A stretch of 63,069 bases of DNA, counting the filler, from Bigelowiella natans CCMP2755 (lineage: Eukaryota; Protista; Cercozoa), in assembly GCA_000320545.1 (NCBI GenBank). It is 7 parts of 7 records of this genome, joined end to end, with 100 filler letters (N's around TTAATTAATTAA, not from the genome) between each part and the next. Parts side by side here need not be neighbours in the genome. Positions count along the whole stretch, not along the records: positions 27,705 to 33,792 come from ADNK01003051.1; positions 33,893 to 56,668 come from ADNK01001121.1; 5 more parts are not named here. One strand, given 5' to 3'. The position numbers and the translations under genes are program-made. Below, piece after piece: positions 27,705 to 39,902 of this stretch. How positions within the stretch are numbered: position 1 is the stretch's first letter; each line of letters opens with the position of its first letter. The notes below the pieces were generated by a model that made no database searches, was not told the origin of the DNA, and was given only the letters and a program-made list of their open reading frames with translations.

Positions 27705-28586
27705 TGAGTCGGCGGTGCAAGGACACTCTGTTCCACGATCTAGTCGTGTTGTGCCATTTGTGTTCCATCAAGGATTCAATGTGACAACCGAAGGAGCTCC
27801 AATTGAGCACTTCTTCTTCCACCACGTGTCCGCTACACCGCTGCCAGCAACGTCCTCCACCCATGCATTGGTTCGCAACCATGTCTTGGTGCACTGAACC
27901 TGTCTAGCTGTGTGCGATGACGTGGTGGCAAGGTTGCCGCTAGCACATGGGGGGTGTCGTTGGATGTGGACCCTGGCAATCCCAGCACTCTTTTCAGTGT
28001 CTGTGATTCCATGGAATCCAGCTGTTTTGTTTTCATGTTTTTCTTGGACCTCCACATGGGTGCGACGCATCTGCTTGTGGCTGTGAACCACGTGCGGTGA
28101 AACTTCAATCTCACATTGAATGGCATGTGAGATCGAGTGGAACACAGCCTGAGTAGAAATCTTCTCTTTTTCTGCAGCCTCATGTGCACAGCTATGCAGC
28201 AAGGGCGTGTTTTTCGAAAGTCAATCTTTCGTCAAACCACAGCCCCAAACATTCACCACATTCTTTTCTTTTCATTTTTCCTTGCAGGTTGAGTGTCACA
28301 TTCCACAACGCTTGTTTTTTGTGTGCATCCATCCTCCTGTCCATTAGGAGGCATCCACTCTTTTCCCCGTTGAATCTCATCCGCCACTTCATGCACCAGG
28401 TTGTCACATTTGTTAAATCTTTTTGCAACCTGGTTTGCATTTCCCCCCAGCGGGATGGCGCAAACAGTTTACATGGGGTGACATCGTCGCAATGTATTTG
28501 GTAGTCTGCAAACTTGATGTGCTCATATGTGTCGTAGTAGGTGATGAACAAGTAGCAGCTCAGGGAGGATCCTTCAGGTAAGCCTT
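27705..28586 (-). mobile_element. Degenerate non-LTR retrotransposon (LINE) ORF2 fragment: RT domains 4-7 and thumb
   Basis: GLPEGSSLSCYLF (GxPQGSxLSPxLF), HCDD (YxDD), LQKDLTNVTTWCMKWRMRFNGEKS, ECLGLWFDERLTFEKH (KYLG..FD..L.F..H); after a stop and frameshift, LKRVLGLPGSTSND. Intronless. Confidence 0.88.
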
Positions 28587-29190
28587 ACATATATATGTAA
28601 AAATATATATACATATGTATTGCACAACTAACATGTATAGTATGCATGGTCGCTGCTAGTGCATCTAGACATCTGTGTGTGCCGCGTTCGTTCGCTGCTC
28701 ATAGCATGCCTAGATGCGTTTAATGTGCAAATGTTCATTGCTAGATTGCTAGATTGGTAGTGGCCGGAACAATGATAGATAATCCTTGCATGGACAAATA
28801 CGCTAGCCTAGCAGTAGCTACTACTAGACTAGGCTAGTACGTGCTACACAGTGCATGCATGTTGTCTATCGTTAGCTCGAACTAGCGAAGTGTCTGTACG
28901 TTTGGAATTACATGTACACAGGGGATGACATACAGGCAGTTGTCTGTATGCCATAATGCAAAGAATATCCAAGCTTTGGACACATAATATCATGCAGTGT
29001 AGAACGTATTCATAAGTCACTTTTGATGGAATGATCTAAAGAAACTAAATGATATCGAAAAAGTAACATTGAGAAGGTGGCGATTGGACACAAAGTGATA
29101 TGTGAGGAGCATCCAAAAGATCAAGGCATGGAACTGTGCGCAGGAAGCAAAGAACCCCGTAAAATCTAACTAATCTACGGTCCAGTCGAT

Positions 29191-30636
29191 TTAAAGGGGG
29201 ACAGAGGTGAAGAATTTCCTTCCAAATCGTGGTCGAACCTTGTTTGATACCTGAAAAAAGGAAGGGGCATAAAAGAGTATACTCCCAACACAAAAAGAAA
29301 GTTGCTTACTGGTCTTCGATCCACTGAACCCGAATTTGCTTATACCATAAGTGGTCTTTCAAGATATCACCTATTTCCTAAATTTTAGGAGGAAACACGC
29401 GTTTTATCAACCAAGTCTAGCAGATGCTTCAGAACTCTTTAGTACCCGAGTGATGCCAATAACTGGAATATGAACATTCGAGAAGTAAGGATTTATGATC
29501 GGGTGCCCTGGGTCTGGACCTCCCCACACGTTTTTATTTTCAGCCTAGGTAATTAGTAGAGATTGAATTTACGCTTGGCTCTGCGAGGTGAATCCTGCAG
29601 AAAAACTACCGGCATCATAATTTTGAGCTGATTATCGTTGAACACTATTATTACAGCGGAAGCGTTTACTTCTTGCGCCATGAAAGCCTGTGCAATTATT
29701 GTGTTGAAGCAGGAACGTAATAAACATATTTAAGTTATCTTTCATTACCTTTCGTTCAAAGACGCAAGTTCCTTGATCTATCAAAGCTATATTTCCAGAT
29801 ATGTTGGCATTTATTATAGGGTCGCAGGCGTCTGCATAGGAACAAAAAAGACAACACGGTAAGTCTATATTATCAAACAAATTAGGGGTATACAACCTCT
29901 AGGATTAATCCAGACAATATTTCCCCGGGCTTCAATCTTGGAAAGAAACATATCATTCAGGAGAAGGATAAACTCCTATCAGACATTTTATCTATCTCAA
30001 CGAAGCCATTCGAATTATTTCCAACCGGGTAATCCAACGTTGGTTGTATTCCAAAAGCTGCTGTCTGATGTCTATAGCTCCCCATTATCTCTCTTGGTGA
30101 CTCAACCGTAAAAGAGTTAAGGGTGGGAAGGTGCTGTATGCACACACAGAGGAAGAGAGGGATGGGGATCCTCATGATGGAATTATGGCTGGGAGCAACC
30201 GATAAATATATTTGAGAACAATAACGCAAATATTTCGGCTATATAATATTTATACATTATGTCATTAATTTATTGATAGCGACAAAAAACAAAAGATGTC
30301 GTCTTACGATAGTGAGGCTCACTCTAGCTTATGGCTCTCTACCTTGGTTTGAACTTGTCGCATCATTAAAAGTTCCTATATTATGGGTAATTAATGAATG
30401 CCAAAGAGTATCGGTGGAATATCGTAAGAATCTTTCCCAAAATTTGCCCTTACTTTCCGGCTACCCGAATGCTTACGAAGCACGTGTAGCACCCACCCCA
30501 CCCCTTGCCAAGAGGAGAACGACGCTGAGGACTGCACAGAAGAGTTGCTGGAATGCCCATATTCATACCTTCCTGGACGCACAAGGTGATACCCGCCTTG
30601 AAAATAGCGCAGTACCTTCCTAGGCGAGGACGTCAT
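29191..30636 (-). CDS. PA (protease-associated) domain protein, multi-exon with short introns
   Basis: FTVESPREIMGSYRHQTAAFG...DACDPIINANISGNIALIDQGTCVFERKAFMAQEVNASAVIIVFND...NVHIPVIGITR matches the PA consensus (G.IALI.RG.C.F..K...AQ..GA.AVII; IP.V.I). Stop TAA at 29191-29193; the start is uncertain. Confidence 0.8.
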
Positions 30637-31264
30637 AGTTTCTATGCTGACGTTCCTTTTCCCCCGAAATCTACCATTAGGATGGGGTTTGCTACTACGC
30701 AATTTGCCTCGAGGGGCAAGGGCTGGGCCACGCAGCGTGGAGAAGATATAGCGAGTTTGACGCTCTTTGCAAAGAAGTGAAGGAAGGCATCCCTGTGAGT
30801 TACTTTGAATGAATGATACTGCAGATTTGTCATTTCTTATATTACACTGTGAAGGACGGCGCACAAATATTCTTCGCTCAAGAGAGATTGTGAACCCCCC
30901 CCCCCCCCCTCTAGTAGGAATAGAGCCTCTCAATCACAACATTTTTATGAATGAATGGAATAGCCAAGCCTCCTCTTGTATATTTCCGGCCTTTGCGGTT
31001 CAGCGGCCACAAACTTCAGGGTCGAATTCACATTGCATTTTTCCATAAATTTAAAAAAAAGGGTATCACTGCCAACACGCCACCGAAGGACCCGCTGCGC
31101 AAGATCTTCGGTATCTATCGATAGAGAAGCAGCCGCGTAGCAGTAAAAAAACGGAACATCGTGCTCCATTGTGTGATTTGGGGCCAATCTCTACTCTTCA
31201 TATTGTAACTGTTTGTTGTTTCTTTTCTATTTACATTTACCCCCCCCCCCCCGCGCGCTCGCGC

Positions 31265-31317
<53 letters not shown>

Positions 31318-31419
31318 AGAGGAGAGTTTCTGCTGTCCAACTAGTGGTGGGAATGCGATACTAATAAGGACTACGATGTGTTTTCATGCCGCTTCATTTT
31401 CCAATCAGCATCAAAGCCA

Positions 31420-33792
31420 GTTTTTGTTGCTACTCGCGCCCACGGCCTGCAAGTGTTTCTCAGACGTCTCTTACGGTAATTACGATTGAGGGGTTCGCTT
31501 CCCTGCCTTTAGATTTGAAACACAAACACGCACACGCACACACACACACACACACACACATATTATATGATATATATATTAATATATATATATTTACATA
31601 TAAATTTTATATTTTTTATAAATATACACAGTTTTTCAAATGTAAGATAGTTATTGCGTTAAAGGAAGTGCCCCCTCCCCAATGCTGTTGCAAAGCTACG
31701 ACCAAACAATGTCAATTCCACGATTTCCCGTTCACAAATCCCTGGTTTATTCTTCAATAGGGAGGTCTGGCAAGCCAGCTGCAGGGGCGGGGGTGGAAGA
31801 GGATCAAGCACCGCTAAGATTGAGGAGAAGGAAGAGGACACTAAGTATCGTCCACACTTTGAAAGGAGTCCGTCTTTGGAACACTCGAAGAAATTTGACA
31901 GCTTGCGCCTCCGCATTGCGCAGTTCATCCTCCCAAATCTTGAAGATAAGAGATTCGGTATTGATGATACGAGGCCACGATATGATGTGATGCCGTTGTC
32001 CAGCAGCTTTATAACATCTAGTGCACGTTCATAATCTACTCTATCTGGATCGTTCGGACCGTGTGAAGGTAGAGGGGCATTTTTACCCCTTTCATCCCCC
32101 CCCCCCCCCCTCGATTCACAGGAACTACACAAGCGAAGGAGGGATTAACGGAGTTCTCTGGGGACGATTATGGAGTACAAGAAGCTCTGACGACTAGAGA
32201 GGAAGATCGGTTGCGACTCTGCCTGCAATGGATCGATGCGCTTAGCCCTGGCGTTGAAGGTGAGCCGGGGAGGGGGTGGTGGGGGGGGCGGAAGGGGGGA
32301 CCGGGGAATCCACTAAGTCTTTCTTCAATCGCACAGAACCTCACCTCATCGACACCGAAACGCCAGTGTCCTTCGCAGCAGCAGCTGCTGCTGCTGCACA
32401 CACTTTCCGTTTGCCAACGCCATCATCATCATCAATATCATCATCATAATCATCATCATGATCATCATCGCCGTCGTGGTCATCGATCGTGCTGTTGCTT
32501 TCACAAATGCTGACGCTGCTGCTGCTATTCGTCGTAACCCCCCAGGGATCTTCCGCACGGCAGGGTCGGTGGGACGGCAGCAGCTCCTCTACATCTCCCT
32601 CTTCGTCCCAGGCCTGGACAAGCCCTTCCCCCGCTCCGCGCTTGTGACCGACGTCGCCGGCGTCCTAAAGCGGCTGCTGCGGGAGCGGAACAGCTCCCTC
32701 CTCCCCAGCGGCGCCTTCGCCGACCTGCTAGACCGCTTCGATCGGCAGGGGGACGTCTCCGCCGTGCTGGAGAAGGCCCCGGAGGCGAACAGAAGAATCC
32801 TCCTCCGCCTCATAAAACGATCCGGAGGATTTCTCGCGACCGGGCCTCGCGAATGACGGTCAACACCATCGCTCGGATCCTCGTGCCCTGCCTCTGCCCC
32901 CGCTCGCTGCCTGTCAAGAGCATGCTCTCGCACCGCGTCGAGGACGCTCTCGCCACGCTCTTCGCCCAGGCGGACCCCGCGGCGCGCGCGGCGGGGGGGG
33001 GCAGGGAAGCTGACAACAAACGACGGGATTCGGCGGGTAGTTTAATGTTGGTGGTAGTGATCCGTGTAGACTCGCATGATTTGATCATGGGTTTTTCTTC
33101 CCCCTCCCGCAGCGCCGCTGCCTGATAGCTTAGATGCAAGCTCTCAGCCTGCGGACAAGACAGGAGGAGGTCGTTCATTTGCCACCTATTATAACTCATC
33201 GTCAGCATCAGCATTATAAATACAACGATTGTAGTCTTCTCCCCTCCCCCCCCTCCCTCCTCCTCCTCCTCCTTTTCTCCCTCCCTAGCCTCCGTTGTTT
33301 CAATACGCCTCTGCACGATGAGCTCTTTCCTATCGCCAGCATCACGTCATGCCTTACTCTCACCGTGCACTGCTTCATCATCACACCATCATCAGCAGCG
33401 GCGGCAGTTGCGTCGCTGCCGAGGACAGGAGGCCAGAAACGCCGCCCAGGCCTCTCCCCCAGCACCAGCACCAGCACCAGCAGCGGCAGCCTCAAAGTCA
33501 ATAGAACCTACGACGATACCTCTAGTCACTGTGCCAAAGACATTGGGAAGGGTAGCGGTGAAGCTGTTGGTGCTGCTGCGAAACGTGGAGGCGCTGCTGC
33601 AGTAGTCGCATCATCAGCAGCATCGTCATCGTCAACGTCGTCCTCCCCATGCCCCCCTCCCTATCGTCCTCCTCCTCTGATCTACACGCTTCCCCCGCCT
33701 TTCTGCCTCTATAACGGCCTCCTCCTCCTCCTCCTCACGACACAATCTCACCGCACACAGCAAAACTGCTGCCCCCCTCTCCCAGCTGCGTG
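31420..33792 (+). CDS. RhoGAP domain protein (apparent 1-nt frameshift at ~32814-32817; ends unresolved)
   Basis: LCLQWIDALSPGVEGIFRTAGS (arginine finger), DVAGVLKRLLRERNSSLLP, PEANRRILLRLI and, in the shifted frame, SRMTVNTIARILVPCL. Confidence 0.85.
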
Positions 33793-33892
33793 NNNNNNNN
33801 NNNNNNNNNNNNNNNNNNNNNNNNNNNNNNNNNNNNTTAATTAATTAANNNNNNNNNNNNNNNNNNNNNNNNNNNNNNNNNNNNNNNNNNNN
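33793..33892. other. Artificial contig linker
   Basis: N44-TTAATTAATTAA-N44. Confidence 0.99.
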
Positions 33893-33952
33893 GGGGGGGG
33901 GGAGAGAGTCAGCACTCTCTCTTTTGAATGTGTTTGCTATCATCTTAACCCA

Positions 33953-34371
33953 CTACCTCACCCCCGAAACGAAACGCGATCGGAAGAGAAGGCGGCGGAT
34001 GCAGCGATAACAAGAGCAATAGCAACAGCCAATAGCAATAGGAGAAGCGGCGACTGACCTTCGCTCCCAGTCTACGATAGTCCCCCACCCCCATTTGACC
34101 CCGTCATACGCTGCTGTCGTATCATCACCGGGGTCTTGCATGTACACGATGCGGCCGGTGTTTAGATATGAGGCCATCGGAACCCGGAGCAATGCATACT
34201 GCCATATCTGCTCCTTGAGAGATGTGTGCTGCGACGCTAGGCCTTGGTACTCCAAGATCACCTGTTGGCGGTTGTTGTTGTTCCGATATTAATCCTTTGA
34301 TCATACCATCAATATCTCATGCTTTTTCTAGTAGATGCTGCGAAGCGTGATTCTCGGTGATTCTGGTCCTG

Positions 34372-34402
<31 letters not shown>

Positions 34403-34494
34403 ACTCATTCACTCACTCACTTTTGTCTAATTACTGATTGTACCAAATCTAAAAAATCGGTAGCTACTATGGTGCTTGCATAGAGTCAATGACG

Positions 34495-34536
<42 letters not shown>

Positions 34537-34579
34537 GCTGCCGCTGCCACCTCGATACACCCGCACTTATAATTTGCGA

Positions 34580-34621
<42 letters not shown>

Positions 34622-35223
34622 TGAAATATAACGATGAAAACCTTCTCATCGGCCAGTACGTTGCTGCTAAGAACGGAGTTGTACTTTTGCTTGAGCTCCT
34701 GAAGCTTTTTGCGAAGGCCGGGCTGCTCACTTTGCTGCTGAAACATTAAAAAGCTTTGCACCACTACCTACTCAAGGAATTGCAACAACAACAACAACAT
34801 GCGATGACCACGACGCGTCCAAAAAGTAAATGAGAGTAAGAATGATGAGTGCTCATCTTTCGTAACGGCTATTCCTCTAGCTTTAAACAACTACTACTAA
34901 TAGTAATAAGAATACGCAACAACGGCACCTCTTCAGGTCTGGTGTTGCGGATTCTGGCCAGATTGAGCAGCATCGTATAGGTCAGTCGAAACTTGGAAAT
35001 CAGCGGGATTGGATCCCCAACCATCATGTCGCGCATTTCCTCCTTCTCCATTGTCTCGCCCACCATCAAAATGCAAACTCCGTTCCTGCGAGACCAATGT
35101 AAGACAGGGGGGGGGGCGGGAGAGGGGGTAGGTTCGTCGGAAGGGCTATATGTGCTGCCAATTCATTATCTGAAACATGCACGCTTGCGTCCAGTTTTTA
35201 TGTATGTGCTTCTGTGTGTGATG

Positions 35224-35257
<34 letters not shown>

Positions 35258-35979
35258 GTGCTCATGCATTTCATGGATAGACTACTTGTCCTTATTCCTC
35301 CTCCCTGCACGACCGCTCATCTGAATGTACTCCCCGGACGTTATCATCCTTGTCCCCACGCCATCGAATTTGTCAAGCTGGGTGAAAATCACCGTCCTCG
35401 CCGGCATATTGACCCCCATAGCGAACGTCTCGGTGGCGATAAGCAGCTTGAGCAGCCCCTCTTGAAACAGAATCTCCACCAACTCCTTCAGCACGGGAAG
35501 CAGCCCGGAGTGGTGCACGCCAATGCCTTTCTACGAAGGGGGGGAGGAGATGGAGGAGGAGGAGGAGGGGAAGATTATATTGCCTGATATGGCTATTTTT
35601 ATCGTTTGCGCTCCTGATTGCTGATTTTAAAGTGCTAATACAGTCGGTTCTTCTTCTTCTTCTTCTTCTTCTTCTTCTTCTTCTTCTTCTTTAAGGGCTA
35701 AACGCGCTGATTACTGGGGACGTGCTGCTGCTGCTGGCTTACGCGCCCAGGTTACAAACAAACACCCATGGTGCTCGCCCATGCTACCTGCACGGTGCCA
35801 TATTTTGCCTATAGCGAAAATAATCGCACGTACTACCAGAACTACTAAAAATATACTACTACTACTAAAATTATACTACTACTACTACTACTTGCAGGAG
35901 CGGGAGGAGACTTTCTATCTGTGCGAGCTTCCGGTCCTCCTCCAGCATCGAGTACAAAGCGTTGTCATAAACCTATGTT

Positions 35980-36014
<35 letters not shown>

Positions 36015-36068
36015 CCATCATCGTCGTCATCCTCCGCCCATCAACGAACACACACACAGAGAGATATG

Positions 36069-36155
<87 letters not shown>

Positions 36156-37020
36156 GAGAACAAATAGAGATGGTACAAGACAAGAGAAAGAAGAATAGGC
36201 GGGCCTCGTGACGACGACGTCATATATCGTTCAGAAGCGATGAGCACCAGCTGTAATCATCGACACAAGCGAAGCACGCACACAACCTCCTTGATCTGGG
36301 CCTTCTCCTCTTCCGAGTTGAAGTCCATCTTGGCGAGACCGATGGCGATTTGCTCGCACAGTCGCCGGCTAAAGGCGAACATGATGCACGGCAGCCACTC
36401 GAGCTTCTTCACTAGGTTTACGATGGCTCGGAGGTCGTCTGAGTTCTGATTTGTTGTCGGTCGGAACCCCCCCCTCCTCCTGCTGCCGCCCCACCAGCAG
36501 ACGCGCGGAGGAAGACCGAGCAGGATGTGAAAGAGCAGGGGGTGAGGAGAACGGTGTGTGGGTTTCGCCAGGGATGAGAGAGGAGGGGGGGAGACGTTTG
36601 TCAACTGAGGAAGGCTGAACATGCTAAATGCACTTTCTTTCTTGCGTTTCATGAGATTCACAGCAGGAAAATGACAGTAGCATAGCGAAATAAATCAGTG
36701 CCCCCACCCCCCCCCCCCCCCTCCTTGTCTCTCCCAATATCTGCGACGCGGCCACCAACTATATACGCCGCTACTGCTGCATCTAGTGCTGCTCACCTTT
36801 CACCCCCATTCCCACCGCGCAGGTGCTGAGCTACGGACTCCCACTTGTCATCCTTTATGTGCACAGATACGGCGTGTGTTGTGAATTACTACAAACGGTT
36901 TAGAATCATCGATGTCGCACCTGGAAAACGCCTTGTTCGTTCACCATCTCGTAGATCCCGCTGCCGCCGTTAGGGAAAACCTGAGACATTTATGGCGTTT
37001 CTTCAATGAAGAGAAAAATA

Positions 37021-37059
<39 letters not shown>

Positions 37060-37090
37060 GCACGCAAAAGGATACAGGGAGAAAAAGAGG

Positions 37091-37128
<38 letters not shown>

Positions 37129-38306
37129 GAGGAGAACGAGAATTCCTGCTCCTCCTTCCCCTTCACATTACACCGGTATACTACTACTGCCCCTACTCAT
37201 AACAAGTAATAATAGTGATAATATAGCTACACACGTAGTGCTGGAGGGGCGTTGGCCGAAAGTTGGTCGTCACGACGTGGCAAGGTGTTTCCTGTGTGCA
37301 ATGAAGAAGAAGGAAGGGAGCGGGAGGAGAGAAGAAGGAGAAGGAGGAGGAGAGATATCTATCAATAACTTGGGACGACTACTACACAGCAGCTCTATTA
37401 TCCCAAAAAGAGTTAGAATTTGGTCCGGCACCAAAGACGCCAATGGCAACAATAATGTCAAAGACGTCTCTCCATTTCGCTGCCGTCGCCGCTTCTTCTT
37501 CTTCTTCTTCTTCTTCTTCTGCTGCTGCTGCTGCTGCTATTGCTGCATATAAGGCTACTACGTGACCTTGATAGTCGCCACCCAATCCGAAAACTCGTTG
37601 GCATTCGATAATGTCGCAGAGAGAAATACCAAGCCTATGGTTTTCGGGAGTAGCACGATCGATTCCTCCCACACCACACCTCGCGACTTGTCACGCATGT
37701 AGTGGACCTACGCCGAAGGATGAGGGGGGTGGGCGGCGGGAAGAAGAAAAAGGAGAAATGGAGAAGAGAAAGTGTTGAAAATAACGCACGCAACGGTCGG
37801 GGCAATGATAATGGGCAGACAGTTGGAAAGAGGAATTTCTTACATGATAGAACATAGTTTTGGCAAATCTATTTATCTTTCCTCTCCCCCATCATCATTG
37901 CCATCATTGATTCAGCTTCAAATGACGACGAACCTCATCAAACACTACGTATCGAACATTCTCCATCGTCTCGCTGCCGCGGTATAAGAAATTTCTGCCG
38001 GAACAACAAAGATCAGTAGTTGCACCAGAATAGAAGTAGTAGTCATTATTTGGACTTTTCTATGCTATACTCTCTCTCTCTCTCTCTCTCTCTCACTTCT
38101 CCACGAGACAGCAGTGCAAAGCCCCCTCCTCCTAGTCTCCATTATCACCTCAAGATCTCCGTTGTGAGGACGATTATCGAGGCGCTCGGGTTGACCGTTA
38201 TATCACCCGTCATCAGGCCCTTGTATCGCCAGTTTGATAACGTAGGGGAAAGCACGTACGAAGCAAAATGAATCGTATAAAACACACGAATAATGGTATA
38301 ATGTGA

Positions 38307-38348
<42 letters not shown>

Positions 38349-39391
38349 GTTGTTGTATGTATGTCCATAGCTACACATAGTGCTACTACCACATCTTCCT
38401 CTTTGAATTCTTCTCTAAATTCCCGAAACTTTTGGTTGGATAACGCCTTGATCGGGGCTGTGTACAACGCTCTCGCGCCCTCCCTCAGCGCCATTGCGAT
38501 TGCATACCTTTCCATTGGAATCATGATGAGCAGCAGTGACTGCAGCTTTCCCCCCGCCACCTCCCTGAATCTCTCTGCCTCTCTCGCTCGTTCACTTGTC
38601 CAAGTGTGTGCGTGTGTGCATGTATGCGTGTGCGTGTTATCTTTGGTATATCCCTCAACTTCCGCATCACAGGTTCACTCCCTGTACTATTCCCCCCGTT
38701 GCCTTGACTAGATACTTCCACTACTCACTCAGCTACGACGGTTTTGCCAGCGCTTGTATGCGCAGCCACCATTACGTGGTCCCCAGCCTGTAAAAGAAGA
38801 GAGACGCAATACAATACACACACTCACATGTCTGAAGCCTAAGATGTAGATAGAAGCAACATACGCTATGGGAACAAGCAAGCACGACTCTATTTACGTG
38901 TAACCATGATCATATGAAAACAGAAAATGACGAATTTGTCAGCGGACCTCGATGCTCTGGATGGCTCTCTCCTGAAACTCGTCAAGTGTGAAAGGATAAA
39001 CGCGGGCAGGGCCTTTGTTACTACTCTGCTGCGACGCGGGTGACCATGGTTGCCGTATTCTCTTTGTCTCGCTCCATCCAGGGGGATAGCTGATGTAATG
39101 GCTGCATGTTCCCTTGCGTTTTTTGGGAAAGTGCGACGATGTGTTTGCAGTACTGCTACTGCTCCTCGCATCCTCCCCGACCTCCTTCCGCTTCCTTGGA
39201 GATGACTTTTTCAACACCTTCCGTTCCTTTTCGGCGTCGTCACTTTCGACTTGGAACGGATTGTATTCCTCCCCTTTCTCCTCCCCTTCCTCCTTTATTT
39301 CTCCATCCTCCATCGTGAGATCGACTATCTCCCGGCGGGAGCCGCGGTCACCATTTTGCATTTTTAGTACGCTGCAAAGTTTGGGTGGCAT
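33953..39391 (-). CDS. MTR4: MTR4/HEN2-type Ski2-like DExH RNA helicase, truncated in the arch/KOW region by the contig end
   Basis: [189 protein letters not shown]. Confidence 0.95.
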
Positions 39392-39902
39392 TATTGGATA
39401 TTTATCGCATTAAAAAATATCTAAATGCTTCAATTTCTGAGGGAAAACCAGTCTCGTGTTTATGCCAGTTCTATCCATCAACGAAATTGTCTTCTCCTCC
39501 AAACACGAAAACACATACAACACAGCCAGCACAGCTGATTTCCGTCATTTATCTGCGCATTTATTTAGATGTTCTCTCCGTCTCAAAGCAAATACACAAT
39601 AGAATGGAAACTTCGCAAACGAACTAGTATACCTTAGTACGTTCTATTTGGTCAATATACTGTACTGATAATATCGAAGAAATTGGGTAGCGACTTTCGT
39701 CGGTCAAAAATCGGCTGCTTGTTGAGCTGGCTTGTCGCTCCCATATGTTTACAGGCCATTTATGATATATTCCATCGGGAAATATTCATACGTGTAATTT
39801 GCGGCCTTATCCCGTCCCCGTCCCCGTCCCCGTCCCTTCTTCTAATTTTCGCCTCTGTCAGCCTGGTTAGCCGGTAAAGGGCATTTTGTGGACCTGCATG
39901 CA
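39392..39902. promoter_or_regulatory. Short divergent intergenic region (putative bidirectional promoter) between MTR4 and KRI1
   Basis: About 510 bp between head-to-head start codons. Confidence 0.5.

Noticed and set aside
27705-28586. Alternative genetic code or an active RT with a novel HCDD motif
   Set aside because: The fragment has a stop and frameshift, and host genes use Tyr and TAA/TAG normally.
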